This document shows, piece after piece, positions 60,598 through 64,000 of a stretch of 64,000 bases of DNA. Each line of letters opens with the position of its first letter. The stretch's first letter is position 1. The notes beneath the pieces are model-generated. The model worked only from the letters and a program-made list of their open reading frames with translations. It did not search any database and had not been told where the DNA came from. Origin of the DNA: Bacteroidales bacterium (GTDB lineage: Bacteria; Bacteroidota; Bacteroidia; Bacteroidales; UBA12481); NCBI GenBank assembly GCA_028686135.1, contig JAQUCP010000006.1, positions 43,721 to 107,720 on the forward strand, written 5' to 3'. Made by a program: the position numbers and the translations under genes.

Positions 60598-61402
60598 AAT
60601 CACTCATTTAAACAAGACCTTCAATCCCGGCACCATCAATGAGGTGAGGGCGCTTCAGGATGTTAACCTGAAGATCGATCCGGGCAGTTTCGTCTGTGTT
60701 TTAGGCACCAACGGCTCAGGAAAATCGACCTTACTCAATGCAGTTGCCGGGACTTTTCTCACTGATTCCGGGCGGATCACTCTCAATGGCCGGGACATCA
60801 CCCGTTGGCCGGAGCATCGCCGGGCATCAGCCATTGGGCGGGTATTTCAGAACCCCTTCAGCGGCACCGCTCCCTCCATGTCCATCGCCGAAAACCTCGC
60901 CCTGGCTGCCCGGCGCGGGCGAAAACGTGGGCTGAGCTGGATGTTGAAGCCATCACTGGTGAACGATCTAAAAAAACGCGTGAAAGACCTGAATATGGGC
61001 CTGGAGGGCCGGATCGACTCAGCCATCGGGAAACTGTCGGGAGGTCAAAGACAAGCTCTGACTCTCCTGATGTCGAGCTGGCTTAAGCCCGATCTCCTCC
61101 TTCTGGATGAACATACGGCTGCCCTCGACCCCAAAACAGCCGGGAAAGTGATCGAGCTCACTGAGCGGATCGTTACCGAAGGAAAACTGACCACCATGAT
61201 GGTTACCCATTCTATGCAGCAGGCGGTGAACCTGGGCGATCGGATCATCATGATGCACCAGGGTAGCATCCGGTACGATTTCGGTGGAGAAGAGAAAAAA
61301 CGGTTGAAAGTGCCTGATTTGCTTGCCCTGTTTGACGAACTTCGTCGCAAAGATCAGATAGACAATGGAGTAGCAGACCTATTAATCGCCAACTATGTCT
61401 AA
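60590..61402 (+). CDS. ABC transporter ATP-binding protein (ABC.X4.A type)
   Basis: 270 aa with Walker A GTNGSGKST, signature LSGGQRQ and Walker B LLLLDEHTAALD. The family-typical block FQNPFSGTAPSMSIAENLALA..RG.KRGLSW is present. It overlaps the permease gene by 8 nt. Confidence 0.9.
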   Translation: MLEITHLNKTFNPGTINEVRALQDVNLKIDPGSFVCVLGTNGSGKSTLLNAVAGTFLTDSGRITLNGRDITRWPEHRRASAIGRVFQNPFSGTAPSMSIAENLALAARRGRKRGLSWMLKPSLVNDLKKRVKDLNMGLEGRIDSAIGKLSGGQRQALTLLMSSWLKPDLLLLDEHTAALDPKTAGKVIELTERIVTEGKLTTMMVTHSMQQAVNLGDRIIMMHQGSIRYDFGGEEKKRLKVPDLLALFDELRRKDQIDNGVADLLIANYV

Positions 61403-61440
61403 ATTCATTGTCACTCCGAAAAAAACCAGATAACCCGCTG

Positions 61441-61998
61441 ATGATTAAACTGATTCGTCCAACCCTGTTCCTTTTGGCTGTCGGATCTATCCTGCTGCTG
61501 TCCGATCTCGGCAACCGAAGCAATCAGAAGCAGGAGGAAGAGTTCTTTCGGATGGCCCGCGAGGTGTGCCAGGATCTGGGCATCGAGCTGTTGGAGAAAA
61601 GCATCGAATCCGTGTCACAAGTGTATGAATCGGCCCTCAGCCTGGGGATGGCTCAAGTGGAAGCCCTGTGGATCGGAGGTGACAATGTAGTAGAACCGGC
61701 CATTGGCGCCTATTGCGCAGCAGCAGCAAAGTTTTCTATTCCGGTTTTTTCCAATACCCCAGAGCATGCATTTTCTGGAACCTTGTTGAGTCTCGGGGCG
61801 AACTATTACCAAATCGGTCAAAATACCGCAAATATGGTGAACGAAATTCTCGCCGGACGCCTCGAACCTTCCGGGGTGGAAATCAAAAATATCGTTCCAC
61901 AGAAACTGTTTGTCAACGACTCCATTCGGAGAACGCTGAGAGACCAGTGGATCATCCCAGAAAACCTGAGTGCCCGAATTGATACCCTCATTCAGTAA
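61441..61998 (+). CDS. membrane-anchored half ABC_sub_bind protein (C-terminal lobe only)
   Basis: 185 aa from ATG 61441. The anchor LLAVGSILLLSDLGNRSNQ is paralogous to that of the 645-aa protein. The remainder aligns only to the second half of the SBP domain (...VEALWIGGDNVV......IPVF......GTLLSLGANYYQIGQ...). Confidence 0.55.
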   Translation: MIKLIRPTLFLLAVGSILLLSDLGNRSNQKQEEEFFRMAREVCQDLGIELLEKSIESVSQVYESALSLGMAQVEALWIGGDNVVEPAIGAYCAAAAKFSIPVFSNTPEHAFSGTLLSLGANYYQIGQNTANMVNEILAGRLEPSGVEIKNIVPQKLFVNDSIRRTLRDQWIIPENLSARIDTLIQ

Positions 61999-62007
61999 CC
62001 GTGACCC

Positions 62008-63015
62008 ATGTTCATCATCAATTTCGCTTTTAGTTTTCTACCCGTCCTGCTGTTCCTGGCCTGCCTGTTTTTGCTCGATCGATTCCGGTTGGTGGAGGTT
62101 AAAACCCTGCTCCTCTGCCTGGTTTGGGGAATACTCAGTGTTTTGATCATTTTATTATTCAACACCCTAATTAGCAATTGGATAGAAATAGATTTCCAAA
62201 TTCAGACTCGCTATGTGGCTCCGGTCGTTGAAGAGCTCATCAAGGGAGTAGTCATCCATTATCTGTTGAGGAAAAAGAGGATTGGCTTTCTTGTCGATGC
62301 GGTAATTTATGGTTTTGCCACCGGAGCTGGATTTGCCCTGATGGAGAATGTTTTATATCTGTTTACCATCGGTTCGGATGCCACTGCCGGCACCTGGATT
62401 GTTCGGGGCATTGGAACGGCCATCATGCATGGGGGGTGCACCGGATTGCTGGCACTCATTAGCATTACAGCCATCACCAGGGACCACCAGGCTGTACCGG
62501 CAACCGCCTATGGATTCGTGCTGGCGGTCATCCTTCATTCGGGGTTCAATCATTTCGTTTTGCCACCCCTCATTCAAACCTTGGTAATCCTGACGGTTTT
62601 CCCCACGATTTTCATCCTTTTGCTGATTCTTATCAACAAGAATCTCTCCGGCTGGCTGGAGATTGAGTTCAGCAGTGAAGTGGAGATCCTCTCGATGATC
62701 CGAAAAGGAGCTCTGAAAGAGACCCGTGCCGGGCGTTATCTTCTGTCGATCCGCGAACGATTCTCTCATGAGACCGTGGTAGATTTGTACTGCTACCTCA
62801 ATCTGTACCTTGAATTGTCCATCAAAGCGAAGCGTAACCTGATGTTAAAAGAGAATGGAATCAAGCCGCCCTACGAAGCGGACCTCTCCGATAAGCTCAA
62901 CGAATTACGACATATCAGAAAGCGGATCGGGCCTATTGGAGAGGCCGCCATCTCTCCGTTGATCCGGATGAACTACCGCGACCTCTGGAAACTAAACCAG
63001 TTAAGGCAGAAATAA
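62008..63015 (+). CDS. PrsW-family intramembrane metalloprotease-like protein
   Basis: 335 aa polytopic. The PrsW motifs are VVEELIKG (EExxK), GAGFALMEN (FxxxE), AIMHG and HSGFNH (HxxxN). A ~110-aa cytoplasmic tail is present. Confidence 0.65.
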   Translation: MFIINFAFSFLPVLLFLACLFLLDRFRLVEVKTLLLCLVWGILSVLIILLFNTLISNWIEIDFQIQTRYVAPVVEELIKGVVIHYLLRKKRIGFLVDAVIYGFATGAGFALMENVLYLFTIGSDATAGTWIVRGIGTAIMHGGCTGLLALISITAITRDHQAVPATAYGFVLAVILHSGFNHFVLPPLIQTLVILTVFPTIFILLLILINKNLSGWLEIEFSSEVEILSMIRKGALKETRAGRYLLSIRERFSHETVVDLYCYLNLYLELSIKAKRNLMLKENGIKPPYEADLSDKLNELRHIRKRIGPIGEAAISPLIRMNYRDLWKLNQLRQK

Positions 63016-63057
63016 ACGAAAAATTGTATCTTCAACATTAAATAAACCCTACTCATT

Positions 63058-64000
63058 ATGAAAACCAGAACTAAACTCTTATTCGCATTAGGCTTCGTCG
63101 CCGCCCTTCTTGTAGGATACGTGATAGGTATCCTTGTTGATTACCCAACTCTGAACAATCAGGATCTGGCCGGAACGGTTGGCAAAGCCAAGAAGTTCCG
63201 TAAAACCGTGTTAACGGCTGAAGATGTCCGCCTCCGAACTGATTTGATGAAAGATACCGCTCAACTCCGGACCATAATTCAGAGTTTGACGTACTACTCC
63301 ATGTTAACCGAAGAAACCAATAAAAACCTCAATATGGCTTTGATCGCGTTCCGGTCGAACGGCATGGGAGGCGATGAATCGCAAAAGAATCAGCTGGATC
63401 AGTTGTCTGACTTTGCGGAATTTTTGCACAATGGCAATGAAAGCCTCGGTGCCACACTGGCTATGCTCTCCAACCTATATTTCGATGGTGACGCCGCGGA
63501 AACCCCGGATGTAGAAAAGAACCTGAGAGATTTCGGCAATTTTGTCACCGGACTGGATAATTGGGGAGAAGCGCTAAACCAGGGAGTTCTAAATCTCGAT
63601 CAGTTTATGCTTGATCAGGGAAGTTTGCAGGAACAGATGGCTTCTGTAAAAGAGCTTAAATCAATTCGTGATAAATTGGTTATCAGCAGCTTACAACTTG
63701 CTGCAGTGGCCGATTCGAAACAAATGGTCAACTTGGTCCTGTCCCAGATCCTATCCAGGGATCAGCTCAACTTACTGCGGGGCCAAGATCAGCTCAATTT
63801 ACTGCGGGGTCAGGAGAACCTCAGCATAATCATTGAAGGCACAGGTCAGCTTGATAATCTCCTCCGTTCCCAAACCGAGCTAGGAAGTGCGATTGCTTAC
63901 GATGCTGATCTGCAGTTATTTTTACTCTTAGGCAAGGAGCAATTGCAAGCTGGGCCTCTGGGACAAGGCTTGAATAGCATCATGATTATTTTCAACAACG
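63058..64000 (+). CDS. membrane-anchored helical/coiled-coil protein, 3' end outside window
   Basis: My own translation from ATG 63058 is open to the window edge (more than 314 codons): MKTRTKLLFALGFVAALLVGYVIGILV... The protein has an N-terminal TM, is rich in L/Q/N/D and contains DQLNLLRGQ repeats. It is absent from the ORF track, presumably because no stop codon is reached. Confidence 0.55.
   Translation, partial: MKTRTKLLFALGFVAALLVGYVIGILVDYPTLNNQDLAGTVGKAKKFRKTVLTAEDVRLRTDLMKDTAQLRTIIQSLTYYSMLTEETNKNLNMALIAFRSNGMGGDESQKNQLDQLSDFAEFLHNGNESLGATLAMLSNLYFDGDAAETPDVEKNLRDFGNFVTGLDNWGEALNQGVLNLDQFMLDQGSLQEQMASVKELKSIRDKLVISSLQLAAVADSKQMVNLVLSQILSRDQLNLLRGQDQLNLLRGQENLSIIIEGTGQLDNLLRSQTELGSAIAYDADLQLFLLLGKEQLQAGPLGQGLNSIMIIFNN
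63760..63813 (+). repeat. 27-nt tandem duplication inside the partial ORF
   Basis: GATCAGCTCAACTTACTGCGGGGCCAA followed by GATCAGCTCAATTTACTGCGGGGTCAG (24/27 identical). It encodes DQLNLLRGQ twice. Confidence 0.8.

Noticed and set aside
1-64000. CRISPR arrays, transposases, integrases, prophage or other mobile elements, toxin-antitoxin pairs
   Set aside because: I found no spaced direct-repeat arrays and no ORFs with recombinase, transposase or phage hallmarks. Gene content is mostly housekeeping with tight operons.

Overview
This is a chromosomal window from a Bacteroidota-type genome. The evidence for that is two proteins with T9SS C-terminal sorting domains, a PorQ-like gene, TTTG/TAnnTTTG promoter boxes and start codons without Shine-Dalgarno sequences. 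I call about 55 protein genes, one tRNA-His and one candidate structured sRNA. I saw no transposase, integrase, CRISPR array or rRNA.

Gene content, in order:
- A complete his operon on the minus strand, 335-7688: hisG, a fused hisD-hisC, hisB, hisH, hisA, hisF and hisIE. It is preceded by a canonical promoter, a 23-codon leader ORF with six consecutive His codons, and a terminator hairpin.
- A minus-strand glycan-related run: ArnT/GT39-like protein, GH59 galactocerebrosidase-like protein, beta-helix hydrolase, tyrosine phosphatase and an AI-2E transporter.
- Secreted or T9SS proteins: a beta-helix protein, a HEAT plus 2x DUF1080 protein with a Tat-exported Gfo/Idh/MocA oxidoreductase, and a PNGase F-like protein.
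- lon, rpmE and tRNA-His.
- A PorQ-like gene followed by cmk.
- An efflux operon with three tandem HlyD-type adaptor paralogs, a MacB/FtsX-type permease and TolC, but no ATPase.
- Housekeeping genes: pfkA, priA, two aminotransferases, purE, hpt, adk and obg.
- A tightly packed operon at 55507 to beyond 64000. It holds an ABC importer permease and ATPase, three differently built substrate-binding paralogs (single, tandem-fused and half), a STAS-domain protein with an unrecognised C-terminal domain, a PrsW-type intramembrane protease, and a coiled-coil membrane protein that runs off the window.

That last locus is my best candidate for an undescribed system. Its function is inference only. All family assignments come from motifs I recognise by eye. 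No database search or RNA folding was run.
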